This document shows positions 9,092 through 18,959 of a DNA stretch of 64,000 bases, piece by piece; within the stretch, counting starts at the first letter, position 1; each line of letters opens with the position of its first letter. A program made the translations under genes and the position numbers. The notes below the pieces were generated by a model. The model saw only the letters and a list, made by a program, of their open reading frames with translations. It did no database searches and was not told the DNA's origin. This DNA is from an uncultured Acidimicrobiia bacterium (GTDB lineage Bacteria > Actinomycetota > Acidimicrobiia > Acidimicrobiales > AC-14). The DNA lies in NCBI GenBank assembly GCA_963836205.1, contig CAWIIV010000011.1:32001-96000 (forward strand), written 5' to 3'.

Positions 9092-9997
9092 ATGCCGGTG
9101 CCCGTCCGCCAGGACCACGAGCTCATCGACCACGACGGGGTCGACTGGGCCCGCGTGGTTGGCAGCCGGTTCGTGATCCGCCAGCGGATGACGTACGTGT
9201 ACGACGGCCCCATCCACCACCTCCGCCACCGTCTGATGGTCGTGCCGCCCGTCCGCCACGGCGACCAGACGAGGATCGACCACGGCCTGGAGGTGATCGG
9301 CCCCGCCCACCGCATCGACCAGCGGGTCGACAAGTTCGGCAACCACCTGATCGAGGTGCGGGTGGCCCGGGTGAGCGAGATGGTGGAGTTCGAGACGTGG
9401 GCGGTGGCCGAGCGGGCGGCGGCCAACGGGCCTATCCGGGTCGACGCCAAGGCCCTCCACGACCCCCGGCTGCTCCAGCCGTCGCCGCTGACCTGGCCCA
9501 ACGACGCCCTGGAGGACGCCGCCCACCGCCTGCTGGCGAGCGGGGAGAAGGGGGCGGACCTGGCCCGGCACATCAACACGTGGGTGTTCCGGCTGATGCG
9601 CTACCGCCCGGGCGCCACCAACATCGACACCACCGCGGCCCGGGCGTTCGGTATGGCCCAGGGCGTGTGCCAGGACTACGCCCACGTGATGCTCTGCCTG
9701 TGCCGGCTGTGCGGGCTGCCCGCCCGCTACGTGTCCGGCCACCTCCTGGGCGAGGGGGGCAGCCACGCGTGGGTCGAGGTGATCGTGCCCGACCCGTCCG
9801 GCTCGGGGGGAGCGGTGGCCCTGCCCCTCGACCCCACCCACGGCCGAGCGGTCGGAATGAGCTACCTCACCATCGCCGTCGGCCGGGAGTACTCCGACGT
9901 GGCCCCCACCTACGGCACCTACTCCGGCGACGGTCGGGGCACGCTGTCGACCGTCAAGCGGGTCGGCGTGACGTCGGTGGACGTGGCGCCGGACTGA
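9092..9997 (+). CDS. Transglutaminase-like family protein
   Basis: Catalytic triad motifs GVCQDYAH, HAWVEV, DPT; also GREYSDVAP. Confidence 0.9.
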   Translation: MPVPVRQDHELIDHDGVDWARVVGSRFVIRQRMTYVYDGPIHHLRHRLMVVPPVRHGDQTRIDHGLEVIGPAHRIDQRVDKFGNHLIEVRVARVSEMVEFETWAVAERAAANGPIRVDAKALHDPRLLQPSPLTWPNDALEDAAHRLLASGEKGADLARHINTWVFRLMRYRPGATNIDTTAARAFGMAQGVCQDYAHVMLCLCRLCGLPARYVSGHLLGEGGSHAWVEVIVPDPSGSGGAVALPLDPTHGRAVGMSYLTIAVGREYSDVAPTYGTYSGDGRGTLSTVKRVGVTSVDVAPD

Positions 9998-10000
9998 GGG

Positions 10001-11686
10001 CTACGTCAGGAGGGCGGCGGCGCACCAGGCCCAGATCGGGCCCATGACCAGCAGGGAGTCGAGGCGGCGGAGGGCGGGGGCGTAGGCGGTGCGGTCGCCC
10101 AGGAGGGCGGAGCCGGCCACCGGGCCGAAGGGGGCCAACACCGCGGCCAGGGCGCCGAGCAGCAGGGGCGCACCGCCATGGAAGGGGGGCACGAACACCA
10201 CTGCCGCAGCCATGGTGAGGGGGAGGATGGCGACGACGCCGGCGGCGGGACCCTCCCACGCCGACGACGCCCCGGTGCCGACCAGGTATGCCCCCGCGTC
10301 GTAGAGGGCGGCGCAGGCCAGCAGGAAGAGGGCGGCGCGGGTGTCGATCGAGCGCAGGAGCACCGGTGCGGCGGCGGCCATGCCGACCGACACGCCGATC
10401 ACGAGCGTGAGGGCCACGTCGCGCCCGGGGGCCTTGGTGGGCGCCGCCGCCCGGGCGACCATGGTGAGGACGACGGCTCCGGCGACGACCATGTTCATGT
10501 GGTCGAGCCCGGTGGCCGCGGTGAGGGGCAGGGCGGCGGCGGCGGCAGCGGCGAAGGCCGGCAGCGGGCGCTCTCCCCGCTTGCGCCAGACGCTGGCCGC
10601 CTGGGACGCGGCCACGAAGGCGATCACCGCCATCCACACCGAGAGCCATCCCGGACCGGCGAGGAGCACCCCCGCGGTGACGACCGCCCACGCCACTCCG
10701 AGACGGCCGTGGGGACGGGTGCTCTGGTGGACGACGGCCAGGGGTGCCACCGGCTTGGCCTCGGGGACCGGGGCGGTGACAGGGACGGCCTCGGGCGCGG
10801 CGGCTGCCGCCTGCTGGCCCATGGGCGTGGGGACGGGCATGGCTGCCGGTTCCGGCGTCGGTGCCGGTGCCGGTGCCGATGAGGGCATGGGCTCCGGGTC
10901 GGGCATCGGTGCCAACGCCAACCGCCCCATCGAGCCACCGGCGGACGTCGGCGACGGCCCGGTCGGGAGCGGCTGGGACATGCGTTCGGGGTCGAACCGG
11001 TCGAGCTCGGCCGGGTCGTCGGGCGGCGGCGGCACCAAACGAAGCCGGCGGACGGGCCTGATGGTCCGGAGGGCCGGGCGTGATACCGGGCCCCCGATCG
11101 GGAACGCGGGCCAAACGCCGGGCAGACCGGGGTCGGCCGGGTCGGTCGAACCCATCAGCAGGCCCAGGGCCGTCGCCTCGGGCGAGTCGACCGGCCAGGC
11201 GATGCCCGACGGGTCAGGGAAGGCGGCCGGCGGGCCGGGGGTCGATTCGGGCGAGCCGATCGGCGAGGCGGGGGTCGGCGGATCGGGCCAACCCGTCGTC
11301 CCGTCGGGTGCCGGGTGTCCGGTCGAACCGGTCGACGGGCCGGGCGCCGATGGTCCCGGCCGACCGGCAGGCTCACCGGTCGGCGCTTCGGATGCCAGGT
11401 CGCCCGGGGCCGGGGGCCGGATGGTCCGGGCCGCGGCCTCGGCCGGGCTGGAGCCGCCGGAGACGGGGGGCAGGACGGCGACGATGTCGTGGGCGGCGAT
11501 GGGCATGCCCATCTCCGCGGGCTGGCCGTTCACCCACACCCGCGACGTGTCGAGCACCCGGCCGAAACGCTCGCCGAACTGGCCCCGGGCCTTGTCGAGC
11601 AACTCGGCCACGGTGGCGGCCTGGATCTCGGCGCGGGCGGTGCCCGCCGCTTCCCGAGCCGAGGCGAACAGGCGGAGGGTCGGCAT
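10001..11686 (-). CDS. MoaD/ThiS ubiquitin-like domain fused through a Pro-rich linker to a CdsA (CTP_transf_1)-like membrane domain
   Basis: LRLFASAREAAG...VAVLPPVSGG, ~230 aa Pro-rich linker, multi-TM domain with YDAGAYLVG, WEG, RLDS. Confidence 0.75.
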   Translation of the reverse strand: MPTLRLFASAREAAGTARAEIQAATVAELLDKARGQFGERFGRVLDTSRVWVNGQPAEMGMPIAAHDIVAVLPPVSGGSSPAEAAARTIRPPAPGDLASEAPTGEPAGRPGPSAPGPSTGSTGHPAPDGTTGWPDPPTPASPIGSPESTPGPPAAFPDPSGIAWPVDSPEATALGLLMGSTDPADPGLPGVWPAFPIGGPVSRPALRTIRPVRRLRLVPPPPDDPAELDRFDPERMSQPLPTGPSPTSAGGSMGRLALAPMPDPEPMPSSAPAPAPTPEPAAMPVPTPMGQQAAAAAPEAVPVTAPVPEAKPVAPLAVVHQSTRPHGRLGVAWAVVTAGVLLAGPGWLSVWMAVIAFVAASQAASVWRKRGERPLPAFAAAAAAALPLTAATGLDHMNMVVAGAVVLTMVARAAAPTKAPGRDVALTLVIGVSVGMAAAAPVLLRSIDTRAALFLLACAALYDAGAYLVGTGASSAWEGPAAGVVAILPLTMAAAVVFVPPFHGGAPLLLGALAAVLAPFGPVAGSALLGDRTAYAPALRRLDSLLVMGPIWAWCAAALLT

Positions 11687-11693
11687 GCGGCGC

Positions 11694-12528
11694 CTACCTC
11701 AGCTCGGCCCGGCCGTCGCGGATCACACGCTCGCCCCGGCTGGTGGCCTCGAAGGCGAAGGCCCCGTCGTCTGCCGCCGGGGTAGACGGTGGTGACCAGG
11801 TCGGAGCCGGGCAGCACCGGCTTGGAGAAGCGCACCGCCAGCCGGGCCAGGCGGGTGGGCTCGCCGCTGGCCACCGTCTCGATCACGGCCCGGCTGCACA
11901 TGGCCATCGTGCACAGCCCGTGGAGGATGATCCCCGGCAGCCCCACACCCTTGGCGAACTCGTCCTCGAGGTGGATCCGGTTGTCGTCGCCCGAAGCCGC
12001 CGCGTACCGCCAGGTCTGGTCGGCGTCGACCTTGGCCTCGAAGGTGGCCACCGACTCGCCCCGCCCCGACACGGGAAACATGTGGTCGGGACGCTCGGGC
12101 CCGCTCGCCTCCACATCGCTCCAGCCCCGCACGAACATGGTGCCGAACTGCTCCAGCATCTGCTCCCCCGAGTCGACGTCGACGCTCACCGCCCGCACCG
12201 TCACCCACGTCCCGGCCCGCGACGGCCGCACCGAGTACGGCCCGGCCACCGTGGCCAGCGTCGATCCGGGCACGAGCGGCCCCGAGAACCGCATGTCGTG
12301 GCCGGCGTGAAGCATGACCGGCTTCTTGTCCGGCGGCACGATGTCGAAGACGGCCGCGATCAGTGGGTCCCAGGCGGGCACCACGCCGAACACCGGGGGG
12401 GCGTATGTCCCGTCCAGGTAGGCGGGGTTGTCGTCGTTGGTGGCGGCGGCGTAGTCGAGCACCCGCTCGGGGTCGAGCGTGACCGTGCGCGGCGGGCGCG
12501 CGCCGAGGGTGTCGAGGGGGAGCGACAT
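11694..12528 (-). CDS. MaoC-family double hot-dog dehydratase (one extra base near 11780)
   Basis: YAAATNDDNP, ASGDDNRIH...IILHGLCTM. The natural C-terminus DDGAFAFEATSRGERVIRDGRAELR* lies in a shifted frame. Confidence 0.85.
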
Positions 12529-12539
12529 TCCCCCCGAAA

Positions 12540-13379
12540 CTACCCGGCGGGTCCCGGACCGGGCGAGAGCCGCTCGTCCAGCTCCCGGAGAAGGCGGTCG
12601 GCGAAGCCTCGGGAGAGCAGGTCGGTGCCGTGTCCGGAGCCGGGCAGCAGCCACAGCTCCTTCGGCTCCCGGGCCCACTCGTACAGGGCCCGGGGGTGCT
12701 CCTCGCCGAAGTAGTGGTCGGCGGGGTCGGACACGAGCAGGGTGAAGGCGGGGGCGATCTGCGCCACCAGGTCGCGGGAGTCGGGGACGGGCAGGAAGTC
12801 GTGGGCGATGCGGGTCTGGAGCAGCCGGGCCAGCACCTGGCGGCCGGCGGGGGAGCAGGCCCAGCGGGCGACGCGCCTGGTGCCCGGCGTGTTCCAGACG
12901 CCCGACCACGCCGGCGGACTGATGGCGACGACCCCCGCGATGCCTCCCCGGGTGCCGGCATGAAGGAGGACGGCCGCCGCCCCCAGGCTGATCCCGACGG
13001 TGACCACCGGCAGCGAGGGGTCGGCTGCGGCCACGGCCGCGGCCACGTCGAGGGGCTCCTCGTACCCGAGGGTGCACAGCCCGCCTGACGAGCCGTGGCC
13101 CCGAAGGTCGGGGACGATCACGTGTGCCCGCCGGGCGAGGAGATGGGCGAAGGCGTGGATGCGGGGCGTCCGGGAGGAGTGGACGAAGCCGTGGGCGAGC
13201 ACCACCGTCGCCACCGCGTCGGGGGGGCCGACCAGGTGGGCGCCGGCCAGGCGCACACCGTCCTCCGTCACCAATGAGAGCCGCTCCTCGGGCCGGTACC
13301 GGGGACCGAAGGCGTGCTTGCGGGCGACCGTGACGACCGTCGACCCGTGGCGGCGGTTTCGCTGCCGGGCGTCACTCAT
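12540..13379 (-). CDS. Alpha/beta-fold hydrolase
   Basis: AHGF, DLRGHGSS, GISLG nucleophile elbow, GSGH. Confidence 0.88.
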   Translation of the reverse strand: MSDARQRNRRHGSTVVTVARKHAFGPRYRPEERLSLVTEDGVRLAGAHLVGPPDAVATVVLAHGFVHSSRTPRIHAFAHLLARRAHVIVPDLRGHGSSGGLCTLGYEEPLDVAAAVAAADPSLPVVTVGISLGAAAVLLHAGTRGGIAGVVAISPPAWSGVWNTPGTRRVARWACSPAGRQVLARLLQTRIAHDFLPVPDSRDLVAQIAPAFTLLVSDPADHYFGEEHPRALYEWAREPKELWLLPGSGHGTDLLSRGFADRLLRELDERLSPGPGPAG

Positions 13380-13380
13380 G

Positions 13381-13433
13381 GCGAACCGGCGACACTCGAG
13401 GTCGCCCTGCGACCGGAACTGTCACCAGTTCGC
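13381..13433. repeat. Dispersed palindromic (REP-like) element, family A
   Basis: gcgAACCGGCGAC...ggtcgc-cct-gcgacc...GTCACCAGTTcgc. Confidence 0.75.
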
Positions 13434-13436
13434 AGG

Positions 13437-14939
13437 TCACGCAGGCGCGGCGTCGGCGATTTCGGCGCGGCGGGCCCGCCACTCGATCTCGGCCCGGCCC
13501 AGGTCGGTGGACGGGGCGGCTCCGTGCAGGTACTCGTTGAGCAGGTCGCCCCACCGGGCCCGGGCTCCGAGCCTGCCGAACAGCGCGCTCATGCCCCAGA
13601 CCACCCGGTCGAGGATCACGTAGGACGGGGGCATGTTCAACAGACGGATTACGTCGCCGAACTCGCCGTGGATGTCGAGCATCTTCTGCAGGGTGTGGCC
13701 GACGAACTCGGGCGTGAAGGTGAACTCCTCCTGCTGGAACGGGATGTAGGGCCCGCTGCAGAACTCGTACACCCGCTCCGCGGGCAGGCCGTGGTCGGGC
13801 GGGAGGAACCCGGCCCGCACCAGCGCCCGCACGGTGGCCCGGGGGTTGCGGGCGAGGACGGTGTCGAGGATGGGCGTGAGCGTCTCCAGCTCGCCCGGCG
13901 CCCACCGCTTCACCAGCCCGAAGTCGAGGAACGTGACCTTGCCCTTGTCGGGGTGGAACCGGTAGTTGCCGGGGTGGGGGTCGCCGTTGAAGACCCGGTG
14001 GTGCCAGATCGACCCCTCCGCGAACCGGAACAGGATCTCGGCCGCCTCCGCCTTCTGGGGCGGGGTGGCGGTGGCCAGGAAGTCGGCCCACGACAGCCCG
14101 TCCACCCAGTCGCTGGTGAGCACCCGCCGGGCGCTGCGCTCGGGGATCACGTCGGGGACGTGGATGAACGGGTGGCCGCGGTAGCGGTCGGCGAACTCGG
14201 CCTGGCAGCGGGCCTCCAGCCGGTAGTCGAGCTCGTCGCCCATGCGGGCCCGCAGCTCGTCGACCAGGGGCTTGATCTCCATGTTCTTGAGGGCGAAGGC
14301 GGCGAACATGCCGTAGAGCAGCTCGGCGTTGTCGAGGTCGGAGCTGATGGCCTGGTCGACGCCGGGGTACTGCACCTTCACCGCCACCACCCGTCCGTCG
14401 GGCATAACCGCCCGGTGGACCTGCCCGATCGACGCCGCCGCCACCGGGATCGGGTTCCAGTCGAGGAAGAGCTTCTCCGGACGCTCCCCCAGCTCCTCGA
14501 AGATCACGCCCTCGGCCAGGCTGGGGGCCATCGGGGGGACGTCGGCCTGGAGGGTGGCCAGGGCCGCCTGGGCCTCCGGTGGCAGCCCTTCGGCGATGAA
14601 GGAGAGCATCTGGCCCGCCTTCATGATGGCGCCCTTCATGCCTCCCAGGACCTCGGCCACGTCCTGGGCGGTGCGGATGGCGAACTGCTCCTCGAGCCGG
14701 GCCCGTCGCTCCTCGGTGGCGTGGCTGCCCCGCACCTTGACCACGCCCCACTGGGCCGCCCGGCGGGCACTCAGGCGCCAGATGCGGGCCTGGCGCTCGA
14801 GGCGGACCCGCCGGCCCTCGTCCTCCATGAGGTGGCGGACGGCGGTGGCGGCGGCCGCGGTGACCGCGGCCGCGCCGGCGACTCCGGCTGCGCCGGCCGC
14901 GATCGACCGCCGGGCGAGGTTGCCGAAGCTAGGTGCCAA
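13437..14939 (-). CDS. ABC1/UbiB (AarF) family atypical kinase (start uncertain: TTG 14939 or ATG 14828)
   Basis: MKAGQMLS, AAASIGQVH, VAVKVQYPG, ELDYRLEA, DPHPGN, LDFG. Confidence 0.9.
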   Translation of the reverse strand: MAPSFGNLARRSIAAGAAGVAGAAAVTAAAATAVRHLMEDEGRRVRLERQARIWRLSARRAAQWGVVKVRGSHATEERRARLEEQFAIRTAQDVAEVLGGMKGAIMKAGQMLSFIAEGLPPEAQAALATLQADVPPMAPSLAEGVIFEELGERPEKLFLDWNPIPVAAASIGQVHRAVMPDGRVVAVKVQYPGVDQAISSDLDNAELLYGMFAAFALKNMEIKPLVDELRARMGDELDYRLEARCQAEFADRYRGHPFIHVPDVIPERSARRVLTSDWVDGLSWADFLATATPPQKAEAAEILFRFAEGSIWHHRVFNGDPHPGNYRFHPDKGKVTFLDFGLVKRWAPGELETLTPILDTVLARNPRATVRALVRAGFLPPDHGLPAERVYEFCSGPYIPFQQEEFTFTPEFVGHTLQKMLDIHGEFGDVIRLLNMPPSYVILDRVVWGMSALFGRLGARARWGDLLNEYLHGAAPSTDLGRAEIEWRARRAEIADAAPA

Positions 14940-15306
14940 AGCGGGCTTGGCGCTCGGCCATGGCCTGGTCGGCGAGGCACAGGCGGGCCGCGGGCACGGC
15001 GTCGAGGCGGGCCTCGTCGATGGGCTTGCCGCACGCCTCGCACAGGCCGTAGGTGCCCTCGTCGAGTCGGCGCAGGGCGTGCTCCACGTCGGCCAGCTCG
15101 GCCTCCACCCGCTCGATGATGGAGAGGTCCTTCTCCCGCTCGAACGTCTCGGTGCCGATGTCGGCCTGGTGCTGGTCGTAGCCCGAAAGCTCGCCCAGGC
15201 TGTCGGTCTGGGAGGCGTCGAGGCCCTCGTCGTCGAACCCGGCACGCACGTCGACCAGCCGTTCGCGCTCGGCCTCCAAATGCCGGCGGGCCTCGTCCGG
15301 ATCCAT
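14929..15306 (-). CDS. TraR/DksA C4-type zinc finger protein
   Basis: DQHQAD, ALRRLDEGTYGLCEACGKPI..RL..P.ARLC. Confidence 0.9.
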   Translation of the reverse strand: MDPDEARRHLEAERERLVDVRAGFDDEGLDASQTDSLGELSGYDQHQADIGTETFEREKDLSIIERVEAELADVEHALRRLDEGTYGLCEACGKPIDEARLDAVPAARLCLADQAMAERQARFGT

Positions 15307-15348
15307 GCCCGAAGCCTACCGGTGTGCCGTGATCTTCGACTGCGGGGG

Positions 15349-15421
15349 TGGGCCGCCCGGGGCTCGAACCCGGTACCTTGGGATTAAAAGTCCCCTGCTC
15401 TACCAGTTGAGCTAGCGGCCC
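15349..15421 (-). tRNA. trnK: tRNA-Lys (anticodon TTT)
   Basis: GGGCCGCTAGCTCAACTGGTAGAGCAGGGGACTTTTAATCCCAAGGTACCGGGTTCGAGCCCCGGGCGGCCCA folds as a cloverleaf. CCA is not encoded. Confidence 0.97.
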
Positions 15422-15883
15422 GGGGACCAGAGTAAGTCGGCCCGGCCGCGTCTACGGCGTGGATGAATTCGGACGTACCTTCGGCCGCCATGCGAGTCGC
15501 CCGATCAGGCAGCTACGAGTCTCTTCTGGAGCTGCTGCAGCGGCGAGCCTCCGGAGCGCTGACCGGCAACGCACGCCAGGCCGACAGGCCCCGGAACTGG
15601 CGACGCCCAGTGCACGGATGGGCCCGCTCCCTCCAGAGGGGTCTGCTCGATGAGGTCGTTGAGGGCCTCGCGTCGTGGTGGCTGTCGCACCCCGTCTGTA
15701 TGTTCGGAGGAGCGACTTCCCCCCAGAGCGACTCGTGAGGAGGTGAAGTCCACCGTGGTCGATCACACGGCGTTCCGAACCCTCGCGCTCGTGCCCTCCT
15801 GGGTCGGTGCGCTCCTGCCACGCCTGGCGACGGAGCCTGTCGAAACACGCTGCCTTGAAGCAGTTGGCATCTACTGTCTTTCC

Positions 15884-16555
15884 GTGCCGACCAGACTTCC
15901 ACCACTGACACTGGACGCACTCAAGGCGTCGGCCGCTGAGTACAGCAAGCTGCTGAGCGCGACTCCTGTTCCGGCCTTGTACGGGGTCACGGACGGCAAG
16001 GCCATCGGCTCCTACGTCGAGGTGGCGTTCAACACCCATATCGCCACGGTATTCGCGCAAGACCCCGGAAATGCCGCGAAGGGAATCGATTTTCCTGGGC
16101 TGGGCGTAGATCTCAAGGTAACGTCGATCAAGAAACCTCAATCCAGCAGCCCGTTCAGAGACGCGACCCAAAAGGTCTACGGGCTTGGTTACCATCTGTT
16201 GGTCTTCGTCTACGAGAAGACTGATGACGCGGAGCTCACGGCGGCGCGGCTGAACATCAAGCATCTGATCTTCATCCACCGCGACAACACGGGAGACTTC
16301 CAGACCACGACCGGTTTGGCCAAGATACTCGACAGCGATGGAAACATCGACGATGTCGACGCCTTCCTGGAGGAACGCAATCTCCCGCTCGACGATATTG
16401 GAAGACGCGCCTTGGCCGACCGCATCATGGCCGAGCGTCCAGGCATTGGATTCCTGACCATCTCGAGGGCCTTCCAGTGGCGGCTGCAGTACACGCGTGC
16501 GATTGTCCTGGCGTCCTCTGGCGAAACCAGCGGAGTCTACGATCTCAATGCCTAA
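15884..16555 (+). CDS. Putative type II restriction endonuclease (PD-(D/E)XK)
   Basis: TDGKAIGSYVE, GIDFPGLGVDLKVTS, PQSSSPF. Overlaps the MTase start. TACTGT lies 6 nt before the GTG. Confidence 0.75.
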   Translation: MPTRLPPLTLDALKASAAEYSKLLSATPVPALYGVTDGKAIGSYVEVAFNTHIATVFAQDPGNAAKGIDFPGLGVDLKVTSIKKPQSSSPFRDATQKVYGLGYHLLVFVYEKTDDAELTAARLNIKHLIFIHRDNTGDFQTTTGLAKILDSDGNIDDVDAFLEERNLPLDDIGRRALADRIMAERPGIGFLTISRAFQWRLQYTRAIVLASSGETSGVYDLNA

Positions 16556-18098
16556 CAACGAGTGGGGTGACTTCCAGACTCCCCAAGAACTGGCTGCCAT
16601 CGTCGTCTCATCAGTAGGGCGGACTCCCTGGGCGCGAGTGCTGGAGCCGACCTGCGGGGTCGGTCGGTTCCTGGAGGCCACGAGATCGCTCGGCGGCGAC
16701 ATCGAACGTCTCGGGATCGAGGTGCAGCCTCACTACTTCGAGGCCGCCAGGAACGATGGTTTCAACGTGCTGGCGCGGAACATCTTCGATCTCAACCTTG
16801 CTCGAGACCTGACGTGGCGCACGCGTGGACCGCTCCTGGTCGTAGGGAACCCGCCATGGGTCACCAACGCCCAGTTGGGCACCCTCGGGTCGATCAACCT
16901 GCCCGCGAAGTCGAATATCCGCGGTCGCAACGGGTTCGACGCCATGACTGGTTCGTCAAACTTCGACATCGCCGAGTACATCTTCTTGAAGCTGATGCTC
17001 GAATTGGAGGGCGAGCGGCCGACGATCGCACTGCTGGTAAAGACACACGTCGCGCGGAACGTGCTTTCGTTCGCTTCGCAGTTCAAGTTGCCGTACTCCG
17101 GCTTCACCATCCGGTCGATCAATGCCAAGGCGTGGTTCGGAGCGAGCGTGGACGCATGCCTGTTCACGGTCCAGCACTGTGAGGCGCCGGAGTACGTCTG
17201 CGACGTCTACCCCGGCATCGACAGCGCCGAGCCGTCGCACACCATCGGCGTCGTGGGCCACCGCCTGGTCGCCGACATGGACCTGTACCGGCGAACCGCT
17301 TTCGCCGACGGTCGTTCGCCATTGGAGTGGCGATCCGGGGTCAAGCATGACGCCTCTCGGGTCATGGAGGTTTCGGCAGAGACCCGAACGCGACTTGCGC
17401 TTGAGGATGAGTTCGTCTTCCCGCTGCTGAAGTGTACCGACCTCTTTCGCGGCCGGCTCACACCAACCAAGTTCATGGTCGTTCCTCAGCTTCGATTCGG
17501 TGAGGACACCGCCCATCTGCGGCAGAAGGCTCCCAAGCTGTGGGCCTACCTCGACTCTCATGCCGAAACGCTCGACAAGAGAGCGTCGTCCATCTATCGG
17601 AACCAGCCACGATTCGCGGTATTTGGTCTCGGGGAGTATACCTTCTCGCGATACAAGATCGCGATTTCGGGTTTCCACAAAGAGATCCGTTTTGTCCTGC
17701 TGAATGAGTTCGAGAAGCGACCGATCGTCGTGGACGATGCCTGCTACACGCTCTCGTTCGATGATGGCGCAGAAGCGTCGATGTGCCATGCCCTGCTTGG
17801 GACACAGAGCGTGACCGACCTGCTTCGCTCCCTCGCGTTCTGGGACGCCAAGCGGCCAATCAACAAGACCTTGCTCCAGCGCATCGACCTGTTGGCGATC
17901 GCCCGCAAAGCAGAACTGACGGAGTTGGTTCCCTTGGCGGACGAGGCCGCGGAACGACTGGGGATCGACCCTCCGTGCTCCTGGCAGGGAACACTTGACA
18001 AGCTCATGCACGACTGGGAGATCCCGGCTCCCAACCATCGGCGGCCGCGTCCTGTAAAGGCCAGGTCATCGGAGACCGCCCTCACATTCGACGTGTAG
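16548..18098 (+). CDS. N6-adenine DNA methyltransferase (gamma class)
   Basis: GDFQTP, LEPTCGVGRFL (motif I), VVGNPPW (motif IV), C-terminal TRD. Confidence 0.9.
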   Translation: MPNNEWGDFQTPQELAAIVVSSVGRTPWARVLEPTCGVGRFLEATRSLGGDIERLGIEVQPHYFEAARNDGFNVLARNIFDLNLARDLTWRTRGPLLVVGNPPWVTNAQLGTLGSINLPAKSNIRGRNGFDAMTGSSNFDIAEYIFLKLMLELEGERPTIALLVKTHVARNVLSFASQFKLPYSGFTIRSINAKAWFGASVDACLFTVQHCEAPEYVCDVYPGIDSAEPSHTIGVVGHRLVADMDLYRRTAFADGRSPLEWRSGVKHDASRVMEVSAETRTRLALEDEFVFPLLKCTDLFRGRLTPTKFMVVPQLRFGEDTAHLRQKAPKLWAYLDSHAETLDKRASSIYRNQPRFAVFGLGEYTFSRYKIAISGFHKEIRFVLLNEFEKRPIVVDDACYTLSFDDGAEASMCHALLGTQSVTDLLRSLAFWDAKRPINKTLLQRIDLLAIARKAELTELVPLADEAAERLGIDPPCSWQGTLDKLMHDWEIPAPNHRRPRPVKARSSETALTFDV

Positions 18099-18356
18099 CT
18101 GGCCACTGACGGCGAGCGCTGGCGTCAGCGGCGAGCCGGGCGCACCCCATCGCTCCACGATCCTGCCAATTGGGCGTCGACGGGAACTGCGCCAGCCCAC
18201 AAACTCCGCCAACCAGTGGTACGTCAGCAGGGCGAATCAGCCTGGTCGACCCAACCACCACGGGTGCCCCGAGGTCGTGCCGTTGGTTCAGGCGGCGCGA
18301 CCACGCTGGTACCTTCGATCGCAGGGACGTCCCGTCGGGACGTCGAAAGGGTGGCC

Positions 18357-18947
18357 ATGCCCCATCGGCGGTTCGCAGTCCCCCTCGTCGCCCTCTTGAT
18401 CCTGGCCTTGGCCTCGGCGTGTGGCGACGACGAAGCGTCAGACGTGGCGACGGCCCCGTCGGTGACCGGTGCCGTGGCGACCACGTCGACTGCGCCCGCC
18501 TCCAGCCCGACGACCGTCCCGACCGACACCCCGACGACCGCCCCCGAACCCTCCACGCCCGGGACGACGTCCCCGCCTGTCACCTCTCCTCCGGCCACCT
18601 CTCCTCCGGCCACCTCGCCGCCGGTGACGGCCGCCCCCGGCCGCACCGCCGCCCTGGGCGAGAGCTTCTCCCTCGGCGTCGGGGAGACGGTGACGATCCC
18701 CTCCGAGGGACTTTCGGTGACGTTCGGCAACGTGGGACCCGACAACCGCTGCCCGCCGGGCGTCATGTGCATCGTCGCGGGGAACGCGTCGATCGGCGTG
18801 CCCGTCACCAAGAGCGGGTCGGCGACCGCCATCCTGGTCCTCAACACCGACGATGTCCCGATGTCCGGCTCTTACGGGCCGTACACCGTCCACCTCGTCC
18901 GGCTCAGCCGGGGTTCGCCGCCGGTCGCCACCCTCATGGTGGCGTAG
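18357..18947 (+). CDS. Lipoprotein with Thr/Pro-rich linker
   Basis: LASAC lipobox, DNRCPPGVMCIVAG domain. Confidence 0.8.
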   Translation: MPHRRFAVPLVALLILALASACGDDEASDVATAPSVTGAVATTSTAPASSPTTVPTDTPTTAPEPSTPGTTSPPVTSPPATSPPATSPPVTAAPGRTAALGESFSLGVGETVTIPSEGLSVTFGNVGPDNRCPPGVMCIVAGNASIGVPVTKSGSATAILVLNTDDVPMSGSYGPYTVHLVRLSRGSPPVATLMVA

Positions 18948-18959
18948 ACCGCCGACCGT

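Noticed and set aside
13381-13433. Integron attC sites (AAC...GTT ends of family A)
   Set aside because: Shorter than typical attC, flanks do not match RYYYAAC/GTTRRRY, no cassette-like arrangement and no integrase.
15459-15880. ORFs 15463-15738 and 15459-15653 as a controller or integrase
   Set aside because: No HTH or integrase motifs; cannot be supported.
15349-18200. Prophage or ICE at tRNA-Lys
   Set aside because: No integrase, phage or conjugation genes, and no att duplication seen.
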